Below are positions 13,230-25,902 of a stretch of 64,000 bases of DNA, piece by piece. Source of the stretch: Phaeosaccion multiseriatum. Lineage: Eukaryota > Protista > Ochrophyta, other classes. The stretch spans positions 496,001-560,000 of the forward strand of contig OZ218955.1 in assembly GCA_965112735.1 (NCBI GenBank), given 5' to 3'. Each line of letters opens with the position of its first letter. Positions within the stretch are counted from its first letter, which is position 1. The position numbers and the translations under genes are program-made. A model generated the notes under the pieces. It was not told where the DNA came from, did no database searches, and worked only from the letters and a program-made list of their open reading frames with translations.

Positions 13230-14356
13230 GGGGCGGGGAGACGCAGAGGGAGAAAAAAGCCTTGCCAACAGATGGCGACAATATATGCGACTTGAGGAGG
13301 GAGTCGGGAGGCAGCGAGGGGGGGGGGGGGAAGGGCAGCATGGGGCGTGGAGGACAAGAGAAGCCGGAGGGGGAGGACCAGAGCTTCATTCAAGCAGCTA
13401 GGCAAGGCATGCAAGCAAAAATACACAACGGCAGTGAAGTAAGGAAGGCTGGCGAATAGGAGGAGGACTGTGAATAGGAGCTGCCACACTGGGAGGTACC
13501 ACAGCAGGAACTCGCTCCACGGCGTGAGGTGCAACATTTGGAAGCAAGAGCCATTCAGTTCAGTACCACAAGAAGCCTCTAGGGCTACGATAAGCTACAG
13601 ACAGATAGGGAGAGAGAGAGATAGAGAGACGTTCAAAGTCACTCGCTCAAAAGAGATGGAACGTGCGTGCGTTCATCCTGTGTAAAATAAAGTGCATTCA
13701 TACAATACAATCTAAGTACATTTGAGCCACCCACAAAGGCCCTAGGCTCTTGCCTGGCTTGGCCTCTTGGCCTGCAAGCCCTGTGGGCCATTCTCCTGAG
13801 CTGACGAAGGATAACAGGGCCGTGACACGGTTGCTATATCACCAACTGCTACAGTTCTCATCCCGTTAGCTCTCTAGTGCACACATCACATAGACCTCTG
13901 CTGATGGAGCTTGCACCCACCCCCAAGCGGAAACCCTGTCCTGTCCTTCACATGCCCACCCTTCACCCACCCTACCGACACATATCACAATATTCACAGC
14001 AGTGGCAGCAGCAGCAGCAGCAGCAGTTGGTGATACACCCGCAGGCTCGGCCCTCCCCTCCCCTCCTCTCCCCCCGGTAACTGACGTACTGACATGGTAT
14101 CGACGCGGCGTCGCTCTGGCCGGCGTGTCCCGCCCTGTGTCCTTCACACTGCACCTTCCGTCGTCGGAGAGAGCCCTCACGCCACGCTCGCGTTCCCATA
14201 CCCCATGCACCTCCATCTATCGCTGTCGCTGTGCCTCTTCCTCCCTCCCCCGCGAGAGCAGTGACATGGCTCATCCCAGGAGGGAGACCAAACCCATGCC
14301 TCTCAGTGCAGAGCAGAGGAGGGAGCCCTCAACCCCCCGCCCCCCCCATACATGCC

Positions 14357-14467
14357 CACTACTTTCTAGTGTAGAGGAGCACTACTTTCTAGTGTAGAGG
14401 AGCACTACTTTCTAGTGTAGAGGAGCACTACTTTCTAGTGTAGAGGAGCACTCAAGTGTAGAGGAGC
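14357..14467. repeat. 23-bp tandem repeat (CACTACTTTCTAGTGTAGAGGAG) x4 plus one variant, overlapping the ankyrin ORF stop
   Basis: Read directly from the sequence. Confidence 0.95.
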
Positions 14468-15689
14468 GCCTTGTCTCGCCTCATGCAGCACTGTGACATC
14501 CCTTTGGCTTGATGCGTAACCGGAACCCTTCGCACTCGCGGGAGGGCCCGACGCAGCACTTGGCGTAGCAGCAGTTGCATCGGCCGCAGGAGCTGCAACA
14601 GCACTCTGAGCCGCCGTTGCAGCAGCAGGGCACGGAGGTTGCGGCTGCCCATCGGCAGTCGTGGAGATGGGGCTGGGCACTCCTCCAGCCGCCGACGCCG
14701 GTGTATTCGCTCCGCTCACTCTAATGAGTCGAGACGCGAGGGCTGAGTGGCCGTGGGCTGAAGCCACGCTGACGGCCGTGGGAGCCCCCCTTCTGGTGCC
14801 CAGGGGGGCGGTACGAGCTCCGTGGGCGAGGAGAATGTCCACCACAGCCTCGTGGCCGCCCTCGCAGGCCGCAAGCAGGGGCCAGCGAGTGGTTGAAGGC
14901 GAAGGTGCCTCCTCCGACTGAGCCTCCTCCTCACTCTGCTGCTTCCTCTTGGCGGGCTCCACACTCGCCCTACTGCGGAGCAGAAGACGGACAATGCTCT
15001 GGTGGCCCTGCCCACACGCCACGCAGAGAGGAGTGAGGCCATCCGCGTTGGGCTTGTCTACCAGACAGCCCGCCTGCTTCAGCAGAAGCTTGGCCACTGT
15101 CGCGTCGCCGCGCTTCGAGGCGACGAATAGCGGTGTTTCGCCCGTCGTCAAGCTGGCTCTGTTCACCGCTGCCCCCGCGAAGAGAAGCTGACGCACCACG
15201 TCGCCATGGCCCGCCTCGCAGGCCAGGTACAGGGGGGAGAGGCCGGAAGGACCCCCGCTGCTGTTGACAGACACGCTTTCGCCCCCACCCTCCCCCAGGA
15301 GCACGTCGATGATGTCACCTCTGCAGCCCTGCGCGATGGCCAAAGAGAGGAGCGTCTCTCCGTCCTCCGTCACCGAGTCGTCGAGGCACCCCGTCCCTCT
15401 GCCCTCGATGGAAACGAGGGCGGCGACGGCGGCCTTGACTTTGGACCTCGACTCCCCATTGCGAATGCTAAGAAAGAGGCGGCGCCGAGCCTGACCACCG
15501 ACCCGTGAAGGTGAGATAGAGAGGCAAAATTCCAGCGAGAGGATGAAGAGGGCGGAAGGGCGCAAGTTGTCACTAATTAATCCCTCACATGACATGAATG
15601 ACAAGACAAGCGCGGACACTGAGACGGGAGAGTTGGTCCAACCCCCCCCTTACTTGTCTTACCTCGTCAGCCGATTGAGCTTCCGCCAT
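14435..15689 (-). CDS. Ankyrin-repeat protein; short first exon MAEAQSADE, then one long exon
   Basis: Repeats GETLLSLAIAQG, GLSPLYLACEAGH, GETPLFVASKRGD, GLTPLCVACGQGH, WPLLAACEGGH, TAVSVASAHGH; GTAAGA donor after ATG exon at 15689. Confidence 0.85.
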
Positions 15690-16081
15690 GGCTGCTAAGG
15701 AAGCCCGCAGCGGAGGGACAAGAGGCTTGCACTTTCAACCCAACAACGTTTTGAGGACCCTATTCTGGTAGGGGCCTCTACCAGTTCCTGCTGCTGCTGC
15801 TGCTACCGCTGCTGCTGCTCTGCCCCTCCTTCGCTGGTGACAGTGGCGAAACTGTCGAAATAACTCACAAGCACGAGCAGCTGCACAGGAAGGAGAGCAG
15901 AAGAGCGTGGTGTGTGGGAAAGAGCGAGAGGATTCGTGATAATCGATACGAATGTCACAGGGTTAATTCCACGCAGAACTGAAACTGGAAACTGATTTGG
16001 CGCCTCGTTGAGGGAGGAAGGAACGATGGAACCTCAGAGGAACTCTGTCCTTTGTTTCAAAGCTCGCTGTGCTCTACTCCG

Positions 16082-19000
16082 ATGACGAAGAAACTTTTCT
16101 GGGATAGCTCTTCTGAGGAAGAAGAGGAGAAGGAGGAGAAGGAGGAGGAGGAGGTGGAGGAGAAGAAGGAGGAGGAGGCAAAGCGGAAGGGAACGGAGCC
16201 GGGACAGGAGAAGAAGCAGGAGGAGAAACAGGACGAGGACGCACGAAGGACTGAAGAGTCCAGCGCTTCAAGCGATGATGATGATGCCCGAGTTTCCAAA
16301 GGCAAGGCCGGGCCTGGACGGAGGCAGCCGGAGGGGGGGCGGGACATTGGAAGAAGCGAAGATCGGATCACAGGGGGGAGAGCCTCGGCGGGCCCCCACA
16401 GAGGGATGCGCTTTGGTTTTTATGGTGCTCTCCCCAGGAACTATGTGGGCACTGCAACATCTTCATCGGATACCGAAAACGACGGTGACGAGGAGGACAA
16501 CGCCTGCTTCCCAGCTGAGGGAGGAGGAGGGGCCAGTGATCCACCACGACGCAGAAAGAGGGCCGCTCCGGCGGGAGCAGCAAGAGGAGGAGAGCGCGAG
16601 AGGGCCGCTGAACATTCGGGGGGGGGGAGGGGGGGCAGCAACGTGAAGAAGAGAAAGAGAGAGGCGTCAGTGGAGCTGAAGTTCCCGCGCCCCCCGCCCC
16701 CCGTGCCGTCCTTCGCCGAGAAAGGTGAGTAGTGAGGCAGCTCCTGCAGGGGACGGGGTTCTGGGAAGGACCCTCTGCATGTCAGAGTCGCACTCGTTTC
16801 GTTTCACATCTCGTCCGATCTAGTAGCTCGTTTCTCGTCCCACAATTGGCTTGCTCAGATACCACTCGACTCCATTTCAACATCAAACGCCGCTGAGATC
16901 TGAGGTTGGCGGCGGCGGATTGGAAGCCGTGGGTGACCACTCCCCTCCCTTGTCGCTAACCCGAAGCCGCCCTCCCTGCGTGTGACGCAACAGGCTTGAC
17001 CGAGGCGGAGAGGCTGGGGCTGGCGTGGCTCATCGGGAGATACAGCATGGGCAAGGGAGGCTTGATGCTGGATCCAGGATGGACTCCTTCTCCTCCCCCT
17101 CCCCCTGCTGCTGCTGCTTCTGCGGCTGTCGCTCTACGAATGGAGGAAGGAGGCGAGGACAGGAGCGAGGATGCGCAGCGGCATCGACCGGAGCTGGTGC
17201 GTTACGTGTCATGGATAGGCCTCCGGAGGCCTTTGTGCGGGGCTCGTGGGGCCTGGAAAAGGAAGAAAACACACAGGGGCTTGATTTGTGGGTGGAGGAA
17301 GGCGGGGGGGACGGGCAGAGGAACTGTGGTACGGCTGCTGAAAGCACCGCTCTTGCCGTTCCGGAGGAGTCGAGAAAGGAGCGTAAGAGGAGGAAGAGGA
17401 GGAAGAGGGAGAGGAGGAGGAAGAGGAGGAAGAGGGCATCGCGTCTCGGAACGGGCCTATCCATCCTCCTCCCTCTCGAAATCACTCACAGCGGCAGGCG
17501 GCTGGTGCTCAGACGCCTCACCGCAGCTCTTATTCCCACTCTTCCCTCCCTCCTCCTCCTCCTCCTCCTCCTCCTCCTCCTCCTCCTCCTCCTCCTCCTC
17601 CTCCTCCTCCTCCTCCTCCTCCTCCTCCTCCTCCTTCCGTCCTTTCACTGACTTACACTAACCCCCAACCCCGCCCCCCCCCCTCTCACCAATGGATACA
17701 ATCAAACAACCCGGACGATTCACCGCTCCCCAAAGCTGTGCGCCTTTCTGTGTACCGTGTTGGGCAAGACGGGAGACGCGGCTGCTGACGCGGCCGCCGT
17801 GGTGGGGAGGAGGCTTGCCAAACAGCCCTACAGTGCGGTGGGAGCCCCCATCCTGCTCGTGGCGCAGCAAGACTCGGAAGTGCGTAGACTCGGAAGTGCG
17901 TGTGTGTGAGTGCGTGCGTTTGTGTATGTGTGTTTGTGTGTGCGTGTGTGCATGTGGGCGTGTGTGTGCGTGTGCGTGCGTACCTCTCAAGACCCACTTC
18001 CCAATTTTCAGCTTTGAAAGTAATCTCACGCCGCTGTCTCCGGTCTTCTGCCTCCCCTCTCCCCGCTTCCCCCCTCCCCCTTCCCCCTCCCCTCTTGACC
18101 ATGCACATGTATATCCTCTGCTCTGCCCCCCCCCACCCCCCCACACGGGGCGGCACCTGACACATGACACCTGATACCTGACACCTCACACCTCTCACCT
18201 GACAACCTGACACCTGACACCTAACAACCTCACACCTGACACCTCACACCTCATACCTCACACCTGACACCTGACACCTCACACCTCCCACCTCCCACCT
18301 GACAACCTGACACCTGTCACCTGACACCTGACACCTGATACCTAGTACCTGACACCTAGTACCTGACACCTAGTACCTGACACCTAGTACCTGACACCTC
18401 ACACCTGACAACCTGACACCTGTCACCCATCACCCCTTTCTCATCCGTAGGTATCAGCGTTCATTGAGATGCTCACGGCCTGCTACGTGGCGGTCAAGGG
18501 GCTGACGAGCGATGCTTCCAAAGAGAAGGTACGCCTCCAAACGTCTCCAGAGAGAAGGTATCGTACGGGGCAATTACAGGGGGCATGGGCGTTGGGGGTG
18601 GAAGAAGCAAAGCGGCCCAAAGCACAGCGCGATATGTCTCTCCGCTCGGTCCTGAGTCGCTGTTTTTCCTTCTCGGCGTGTTTGCTTTGTTTGCTGTGTT
18701 TTTCTTTGCTGGTCTTAATTGTACGTGTTATAATATATATATGTGTATGTATATATGTGTTACTTAGTATGTGTGTTCCCCTCCCCCCCTCACTGGCTTT
18801 TGCGCCGCAGAGGAGAGTGGCCCTCAAGCAAGCACGGAGGAGAAAACTCGAGGTGCTGGTGGCCCAGCCCACATTATTATGGTGAGGGAAGGAGCGAGCA
18901 ACACAGCAAGGCATGCATCTGAAGGTGTACAAGGGGCAGGCCAAGAGTCAGGGAGGCTTATGGACAGGCAGACATGGAGGCAGTTAGACAGGCAGGCAGG

Positions 19001-20252
19001 CAGGCACATGGGCAGGCGGGCAGCCGGGCATATGGGCAGGCAGGCAGGGACGCTCTCGATCCTCCCCCTCTCTCTCCACGCATTCCTACCTCTCTTTACC
19101 CAATGTCTCTCACTCGACTCACTCACCCACTCTCTTAACTCACTCCCTCTCTCTCAACTCACTCACCCCCTCTCCACTCACTCACTCACTCACTCACTCA
19201 CTCACTCCCACTCTCCCCCACTCCTCCCCACCACCCCTCTCTCGACCCACCGCCCCCTCCCTCCCCCACTCCTCACTTCACGGCTCCTCTGCACTACTCT
19301 CTGGACTGCCCATACACCTCTACAGGCAAGGAGAGGCGGAGCTCTGTGACTCGCGGGTGTGCTGGCATCTGCTCCTCTTTAGTGGGGTGTGCATTTTCAG
19401 CAAGCCAACGCTCAAGGTACTGCGCTTGGGGTAGGGTTTGACCCATACAGTGGATGGAGGCGTGGACTTGGGTAGAAGAGAGGGAGAAAGGGAGGGAGAA
19501 AGCAGAGCGCGCGCGCGAGAGAGAGAGAGAGAGGGACATATAGTCATACATAGAGGGACAGGGAGAGGGACACAACAGAGCGAGACAGAGACAGAGGGAG
19601 AGACAAAGAAGACGGGCGAAGGAGAGGGAGAGAGAGAAAGAAGGGAGGGAGGCTCATCTTGCTCGTATGCCTCTTCTTTCGATCTTCATCCAGCGCGATG
19701 GAGCAACAGTACAGCATGGCATTGCGTTGCCCCCGTGACGCATGCAAGAATGCCCTTACTGACGCCCTCCGCGACCCTCCTTTGCTTGGCAGGTGTCGAA
19801 GGTGGCTCAAGCGCTTGCCCTGAAGGTCCGCGAACAGCAGCAGCAGTTGGTGATACAGCAGCAGGAGGAGGGGGAGGATGGCACCGCAGGGACTGCCTCG
19901 AGAGACCCTGTCTTCGGAATATGCACGGCGCCCTTGACACAAGCTCTACCTCAGTCAGTAAGTCAGAGAGCAAGCGTCCATTTCGAGCCCTTTCTGGTCA
20001 ACCCCCTCGGGACTGAGCGTCCTGCCTTCGCTTCCTTCCTCACTATCTCCATTCTCTCCGCTCATACTCTCTGCTTCCATCCCTCCTCTTGCTCAGCTTC
20101 GGTGGATAGGCAAGTGGCTCTGCCCGTCCCTGCCCCCCGTGAGCTGGGAGGCAGAGGTTTCCGCCGCTACGTGTAAGTCCACCTCTCCCTCGGCCGCGGT
20201 GTTCAGCGGTTGTCAGAGGAGGTTTGCTTCGCCCGCCTCCGGAGGAGGATGA
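16082..20252 (+). CDS. SNF2-family (ERCC6L2/Rad26-like) ATPase N-lobe homolog with degenerate Walker A/B and apparently no helicase-C lobe; ~8 exons, 3' end uncertain
   Basis: Spliced LTEAERLGLAWLIGRYSMGKGGLMLDPG / LCAFLCTVLGKTG...PILLVA / KLEVLVAQPTLL / WHLLLFSGVC / VFGICTAPL / LRWIGKWLCP are collinear with SNF2 motifs Q, I, Ia, II, III and the following W-containing helix. Confidence 0.55.
18155..18428. repeat. Degenerate 7-bp satellite (ACACCTG / ACACCTC) in an intron
   Basis: Read directly from the sequence. Confidence 0.9.
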
Positions 20253-20709
20253 CGGGGAGTTTTTTTTTTTCTTTCTAATGAGTGTATACTTCAGAGTTTA
20301 AACGGGCCCGAACGCAAGCTTCCCCTTGCCACCCTCAGCAGCTGCTCCGACCGAGAGACATGCTTTCCTCCCCACGTCACGCCAAGCACCACTCGATGGA
20401 CGCGTGTTCTCGCCTCTTGACATGCCCTTGTCCCTCCATTCTTGTCCTCTCTGTCTGCATACACGGCAGCGGACGAAGGACGGAAGAAGAGAAGCTCTTC
20501 CTCCTTCCTCACCTATCCTTTCCCACTCTCGAATCGATGGGAGCTTCGGTGGCTCTACCCAATAAAGCAGGGCATCGCTGCATCTCGATCCCCGACCCCA
20601 TTTGCCACCCATCCGCCGTCCCGCCGAACCACCCACCCACCCACTCACCCGCCCACCCACCCAACCAACCCAACCAACCCATCCATCCATCAGCCTGCCA
20701 ACCAATCAG

Positions 20710-23700
20710 TCAAGAAGGGCCGTTGAGCCGATGCGCCGCCGCTATCATCTCCCCTGCCCCATCCCGTACGTTACCCGCCCACCGTTTGTAGGGTTTAAGG
20801 GCCTCCATCATCCCACGCGAATACGGCCCCGACAGCGCGACAGGCGGCGGGGCGGAGGTTGGGCATCCCCCGGTGACCCAAGCAGCAGCAGCGGGGCTCT
20901 TGGCCACAGTGGAGAGGCACGCTACTGCCGACGCCCCCGTCCAGGGAGGCGTCATCACCACCTTAGTTGCTGCCCTTCTGTGCCCTCCTCCCTTGCCTCC
21001 TCCACCCCGGGGTTGGGCTCCCCCCACAGAAGCGCCAATCTCTCTCCCCCTCTCGCTGCAGTCAGCGTCCCCGTCCATCGTTGCACCTGCAGCACACTTG
21101 TGCTCTTGCTTCTTCCTCCTCTCTTTTCTGTCCTTCTTCTTCTTAGAGGAGGAGGAGGAGGAGGAGGAGGGGGGACAAGAATGCCTATCGATTCTCGTAG
21201 GCCTCCGCGGAGCTCCATCACTGGCCAGATTCACCCTCTGCTCTCCTGCCCCGCACCCGCCCGCTCCTCCTCCTCTTCCGCCTCCTCTTCGTCGCTTGTC
21301 GTCATCCCATGCCATCATACCGACCAACGACGAAGGAGAAGAGAAGCTCCCGGCCACGCGGCTGCTGGCCTTCCTCACACGGTGCCCGCCCTTCCTTCTC
21401 GGCTCGGAGATGTTCGCTCTTACACCCCTCTTCCCCCCCCCCCCTTTCACCTCAACTCGGTTACCCTCCCCGTCGGTCCTCTCCGCTCGCTCCTCCCTCT
21501 CCTTCTCTCCCTCCCCGCGACTCCCTCTCCGACAGCGGCAAACTGAACAAGAGCGCTTTACCCGCCGCTGCTCCTCCTGCTGCTCCTGCTCCAGTGTGGC
21601 CTTCCCCTTCCTCTGACCCTGACCCTGACCTTGGCCCCAGGCATAGCCGTACCCACGGGGCCGAGGCGGTCTCTTCCGTTCTTCTTCACGGGCCTTCCAC
21701 GCCTCCGCCCTGTGCCTGGCCTGCTGCCTGCGGGTGGCCTCCGACAGGGGAAGGTTCCGCAGAACGTTCTTCACGTCCCGAAGCTCATACTCGTAGCCCT
21801 GCTCCTCCTTCTCCCCCCCCTCATCCTCTTGCACAGGGGAGTGTCTTCTCTCCTGGTCCCTGCTCTTCTCCTCAGGCACCCTGCTGCGGCAGCTAAGGGG
21901 CTGCTGCCCCACGTCCTCTCCGCGCTCCCCTGTCCCCTTTCGACGACTACTACTACGACTACTACTTCGACTACTACTACGACTACTACTACTTCGACTA
22001 CTACTACGACTACCGCTATTCTTGCTACTCCTCCTCCTCCTCGTCGTCGTCGTCGTCGTCGTCATTTGCTGCCCCTGCCTTGCTCCGCCCCCGACCATCC
22101 AAGCTGTTTTGCCCCTTAAGCGATGCTGAGCCGTCGGAGTCCCGAGCAGACGGCTGCGAGCGCTGACAGAGTCGTAGAGTCGACCAAACTCTGACAGATC
22201 GGGCGAAGAAGAGCCGTCACTACCTTCCCTGGCTCCACTGCCGCTCCTGCCTGCCCTGCCAGCAGAGTGGGAGTGCCGCGTCGAATGGGGTGAAACGTCA
22301 AGGACCCGTAGGTACTCGGACTGCGCATTGTCGACATCGATATTGCCACGCCAGCGGACTTCCCCATCCTCCTTGTCCTCCTCCTGCTCCTCAGTGGGGG
22401 GACCCTTCGACTTCACGCGGCCTCTCTTCCGCCGCTGCTGAGGTGTTGGGGAGGACCCCCGGGGGAGGCACTCCTGCAGGGGGCGAAGGAGGCGTGAATG
22501 GGCAACACGTGTACGTACAGAGCGGGAGGAATGACGCATGGGGCCGAGAGAGGGGGAGAGAGAGAAGAACAGTGAGAGACGCGTTAAGTTTAAGAGACAG
22601 ACAGGGAGAGGGGCAAAGGAGGGAGAGAAGCAAAGAGAGACGGAGAGAGCGAGGGAGGGAAAGGCAGAGAGGAGAGGCAGAAGTCGGGAGAGAGAGGGAG
22701 AGAGGCGAAGAAGAGGTAGAGAAAGAAACAGGGCGGGACGAGAGGGAGATCGAGGTACAGAGACGAGAGAAGCAAAGTAAAGGGAGAAGCAGACAGAGAG
22801 ATAGAGAGAAGAGAAAGAAGCAGAACGAGAGAGAAGGAGAGAGACAGGAAGATCGGAGGGGGGGGGATCAGGACAGCGATCACTGCCCACCGGCCCCTCT
22901 CCCCAGTTTGCCCAAGTCGACAAATGAGATGCCCACGTTGACCCACTTACGTGCACCAGACGAGAGTAGATGCCGTGGTAAGGCCCCAGTGCTGCCTGCA
23001 GGCTGCTGGCGGCGGCCCCTGCCCTCCCGGGGCATCGAACCTGTCCTAGGCCATACCCCCCGCGGGTGCCACCGTAGCCCCGACCGCGGACTTCCCCCCC
23101 CCGGGATGGCAAGCCCCGGCCATACGCTCTCCACAGCTCCTCGCCGTGCTCATACCAATCACTTCTCGCTCGCAAGCCGGCATGGGGAGGGAGGTCTTCA
23201 AGACTGTCTTCGTCCTCTTCCTCCTCCTCACTTGCCTCCTCTTCGTCCTCTTCGTCCTCTTCCTCCTCCTCGTCGTCGGCTCGATCAGCCCTCGACGGCT
23301 CGCTCCCACTGTCTCCTGCCTCTTCCTCTGCCCATCCAAAGGAGTGGTGCGGAGTGGAGCAGGAGGGAGTGAGGGGGTCGTCTCCTCCCTCTGAAACAGT
23401 ACCGCCCCCGCGGCTCTCCGGGTGGTAACGGTGCAGTACTGTAGGAGGTGCCTCCTCCTCCTGCCTTTCCTCTGGGCCGCCTCCTCCTTGAAGCGCTAAC
23501 TCAATGTCGTCTCCGTCCGATTTGATGGTGCCATCGTTTCTCCCCTCCTTCTTCCCGATCCCTACGGTGCTGCCCCTTCTACCGCTGCTCCTGCGGACAT
23601 GCTTTCCACCGCTCGCCTCCTTCCCCTGTTGTCGAGCTGCGTACGGACTGTGCCTTGCTCCTGCTCCCTCTTGACCACCACCACTAGGACTGTCACGGCA

Positions 23701-24333
23701 CCGCCCAACCTCCGAGACTCTCCGTCGTCCTCCCCCCCGAACCAGTTGCCTGTAAGACAGCAGCCGCCCACCGATCGTGTCATCCGAGCAGATGGACTCC
23801 CCCGCACAAGTTGCTGCCCTCCTTACTGATGGCTGCTGATGTGCGCTAGCCTGCTCTTCCGCCGCATCATTCGCCTCCTTCTGCTGTGGCTCGGACGCAC
23901 ATTCTGATCCGTCTTCGTGACCGCGGATCTGTTGCTCATGGAGCTGCACCGAGCCGCTACATTGCTTCTGCTGCTGCCTATCTGACTCTTCGCGCTGCCA
24001 AGCCGCCACTTGCCGCAGTACCGCTGGCGTAGCGCTGTGCAGCAGATCCTCAGGAGGAACTTGTTCGCTGCCTTCTTGCGACTGTCTGCTGGCCCTCCTG
24101 CTCCTGTCTCTAGGCTCCGCTGCAGCCGTTAGCCCCCTGTCGTTGCTGCTTCCTGAGCTCCAGCGACTGCCCTTCACAGGACGTCCGTCTCGGCGGCTTC
24201 GTCGGCGGCGCTCAAAGGTGTTCCAACCACTGCCTTCGGGGGGAGATTCCGAGTAAAAGTGCTCATGCCTATGGCTGTGGTAGTGGCGCCTCACTGCAGG
24301 GGCGGCAGCCTCTCGGTGGTGGTCCTCCATCAT
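20710..24333 (-). CDS. Large Arg/Ser/Glu/Gly-rich low-complexity protein; probable intron ~22476-22950; function unknown
   Basis: More than 3.6 kb stop-free frame; ATG ATG at 24333; GTAAGT donor followed by a CT-rich tract; no recognisable domain; 3' end uncertain. Confidence 0.55.
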   Translation of the reverse strand: MMEDHHREAAAPAVRRHYHSHRHEHFYSESPPEGSGWNTFERRRRSRRDGRPVKGSRWSSGSSNDRGLTAAAEPRDRSRRASRQSQEGSEQVPPEDLLHSATPAVLRQVAAWQREESDRQQQKQCSGSVQLHEQQIRGHEDGSECASEPQQKEANDAAEEQASAHQQPSVRRAATCAGESICSDDTIGGRLLSYRQLVRGGGRRRVSEVGRCRDSPSGGGQEGAGARHSPYAARQQGKEASGGKHVRRSSGRRGSTVGIGKKEGRNDGTIKSDGDDIELALQGGGGPEERQEEEAPPTVLHRYHPESRGGGTVSEGGDDPLTPSCSTPHHSFGWAEEEAGDSGSEPSRADRADDEEEEEDEEDEEEASEEEEEDEDSLEDLPPHAGLRARSDWYEHGEELWRAYGRGLPSRGGEVRGRGYGGTRGGYGLGQVRCPGRAGAAASSLQAALGPYHGIYSRLVHVSGSTWASHLSTWANWGEGPVGSDRCPDPPPSDLPVSLLLSRSASFSSLYLSVCFSLYFASLVSVPRSPSRPALFLSLPLLRLSPSLSRLLPLLSAFPSLALSVSLCFSPSFAPLPVCLLNLTRLSLFFSLSPSLGPMRHSSRSVRTRVAHSRLLRPLQECLPRGSSPTPQQRRKRGRVKSKGPPTEEQEEDKEDGEVRWRGNIDVDNAQSEYLRVLDVSPHSTRHSHSAGRAGRSGSGAREGSDGSSSPDLSEFGRLYDSVSARSRLLGTPTAQHRLRGKTAWMVGGGARQGQQMTTTTTTTRRRRSSKNSGSRSSSRSSSSRSSSRSSSRSSSRRKGTGERGEDVGQQPLSCRSRVPEEKSRDQERRHSPVQEDEGGEKEEQGYEYELRDVKNVLRNLPLSEATRRQQARHRAEAWKAREEERKRPPRPRGYGYAWGQGQGQGQRKGKATLEQEQQEEQRRVKRSCSVCRCRRGSRGEGEKEREERAERTDGEGNRVEVKGGGGKRGVRANISEPRRKGGHRVRKASSRVAGSFSSPSSLVGMMAWDDDKRRRGGGRGGGAGGCGAGEQRVNLASDGAPRRPTRIDRHSCPPSSSSSSSSKKKKDRKERRKKQEHKCAAGATMDGDADCSERGREIGASVGGAQPRGGGGKGGGHRRAATKVVMTPPWTGASAVACLSTVAKSPAAAAWVTGGCPTSAPPPVALSGPYSRGMMEALKPYKRWAGNVRDGAGEMIAAAHRLNGPS

Positions 24334-24721
24334 GATATCGCCCCGCCTTTGCTGTCCGGCATCTCTCTGTCCGTGACGCAGGTACCCTCTCGGAGGGAAA
24401 AAGCTGTTTCGAAAAAAATGTTCTGGCCCAATCTCAAGCCATATTTTAATGACATAAAAACCCCCTCCTTGTCCTTCCCCAATCTTCCTTCCTTTAGACA
24501 GCCAAGACCTAACCCCCCCGCCCTCCAGATAGTAATATGACCCAGAGACGGAGCCGAAGGGGAAGAGGACGTGAAGGGGAGGTGGAGAGCTCGCGTGTTG
24601 GATAAACGAGGCAACTCCGCCCTTGGCGGGAACTTGCCCGTTGTGTGTGTTGGAGAGAAGACGCGCGAAAGCAACGGTAGGAAGTGTGACGGAGAATACA
24701 CAGGGAACGACCCGTGTGAGC

Positions 24722-25831
24722 ATGGGGGACGAGATGGAAGAGCAGCGGACGCAACAGCCGCCCCATTGCTCTCCTCTCCGCCCTCCCCCTCCTCCGAGCG
24801 GACCTCCCAAGACATTGCAAATGGGTCTTGATGATAAGGCTGGCATGTCCCTAACGCCCCAACGGAAGGCTCAGATCAACGACACGATCAACAAGATGAG
24901 CAGGGGGGGGAAGTTCTTTCAGCGAGAAGCCGAGAAGGATGCCCAGCTGGAGAAGAGCCTCAAGAGCCTCCAGGCAAAGGCGGCAAGCCTCGAGGTGGGT
25001 GTGGGTGAGGCGGGAAGGGAAGCAGCGGGGTGGGAGCAGCTGCGATATTTGCCTCTCTGTCCCTCTCCCTCTCTCTCTCTCTCCCTCTCTGTGGGGCGTG
25101 GCTGTATGCTTCCCTGCCCCCTGACTCCCGTTGCTCTTCTCCTCTGCTCCCTGCACGCAGCACTCCACCGAGGCCGAAGGCTTGCGCAAGCGTGCCGACC
25201 GATACGTGCAAGTCTGCGAGAAGAAACGCACGTAAGCGACCTTGCGTACAGAAAGATGGATTACTCTTTTGCTTATTATTACCCTCATCACCCACCTTGC
25301 CCCTACTACTGCCCCTGCCATCCACTGCCATCCACGCACCAGGCTGAATCGTGTGTGCGTGGTGATTGACATGGACGCCTTCTATGCTGCTGTCGAGATG
25401 CGAGACAACCCCAAGTTGAGGGAGGTGCCCCTGGCCGTTGGGGGAGGGACAGGCGTCATCGCTACCACCAATTACATTGCGCGTCAGGTACATCACTTAC
25501 ACTCGAGCAAGGCCATGGACACGATCATTACATAGGAAGGCAGACAAACAGACAGATAGATGGATAGATAGACAACAGAAGACCTGCGCAAGCGACCCTC
25601 TTGACTACTATGCCGCTCCCTCAACCCTCAATCCTCAACCCCCCTCCCTCCCTCCCTCCCTCCCTCCCTCCCTCCCTCCCTCCCTCCCTCCCTCCCTCCC
25701 TCCCTCCCTCCCTCCCTCCCTCCCTCCCTCCCTCCCTCCCTCCCTTCCTCCCTCCCTATGTGCCAAGTACGGCGTCAGGTACGTCACTACACTCGAGCAA
25801 GGCCACGGTCACGAGCAGCACATAGGAAGAC

Positions 25832-25866
<35 letters not shown>

Positions 25867-25871
25867 AGGAC

Positions 25872-25902
<31 letters not shown>

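Noticed and set aside
22290-23372. 360-aa Arg/Glu-rich ORF on the plus strand
   Set aside because: Antisense to the minus-strand gene and its CT-rich intron; no domain signal
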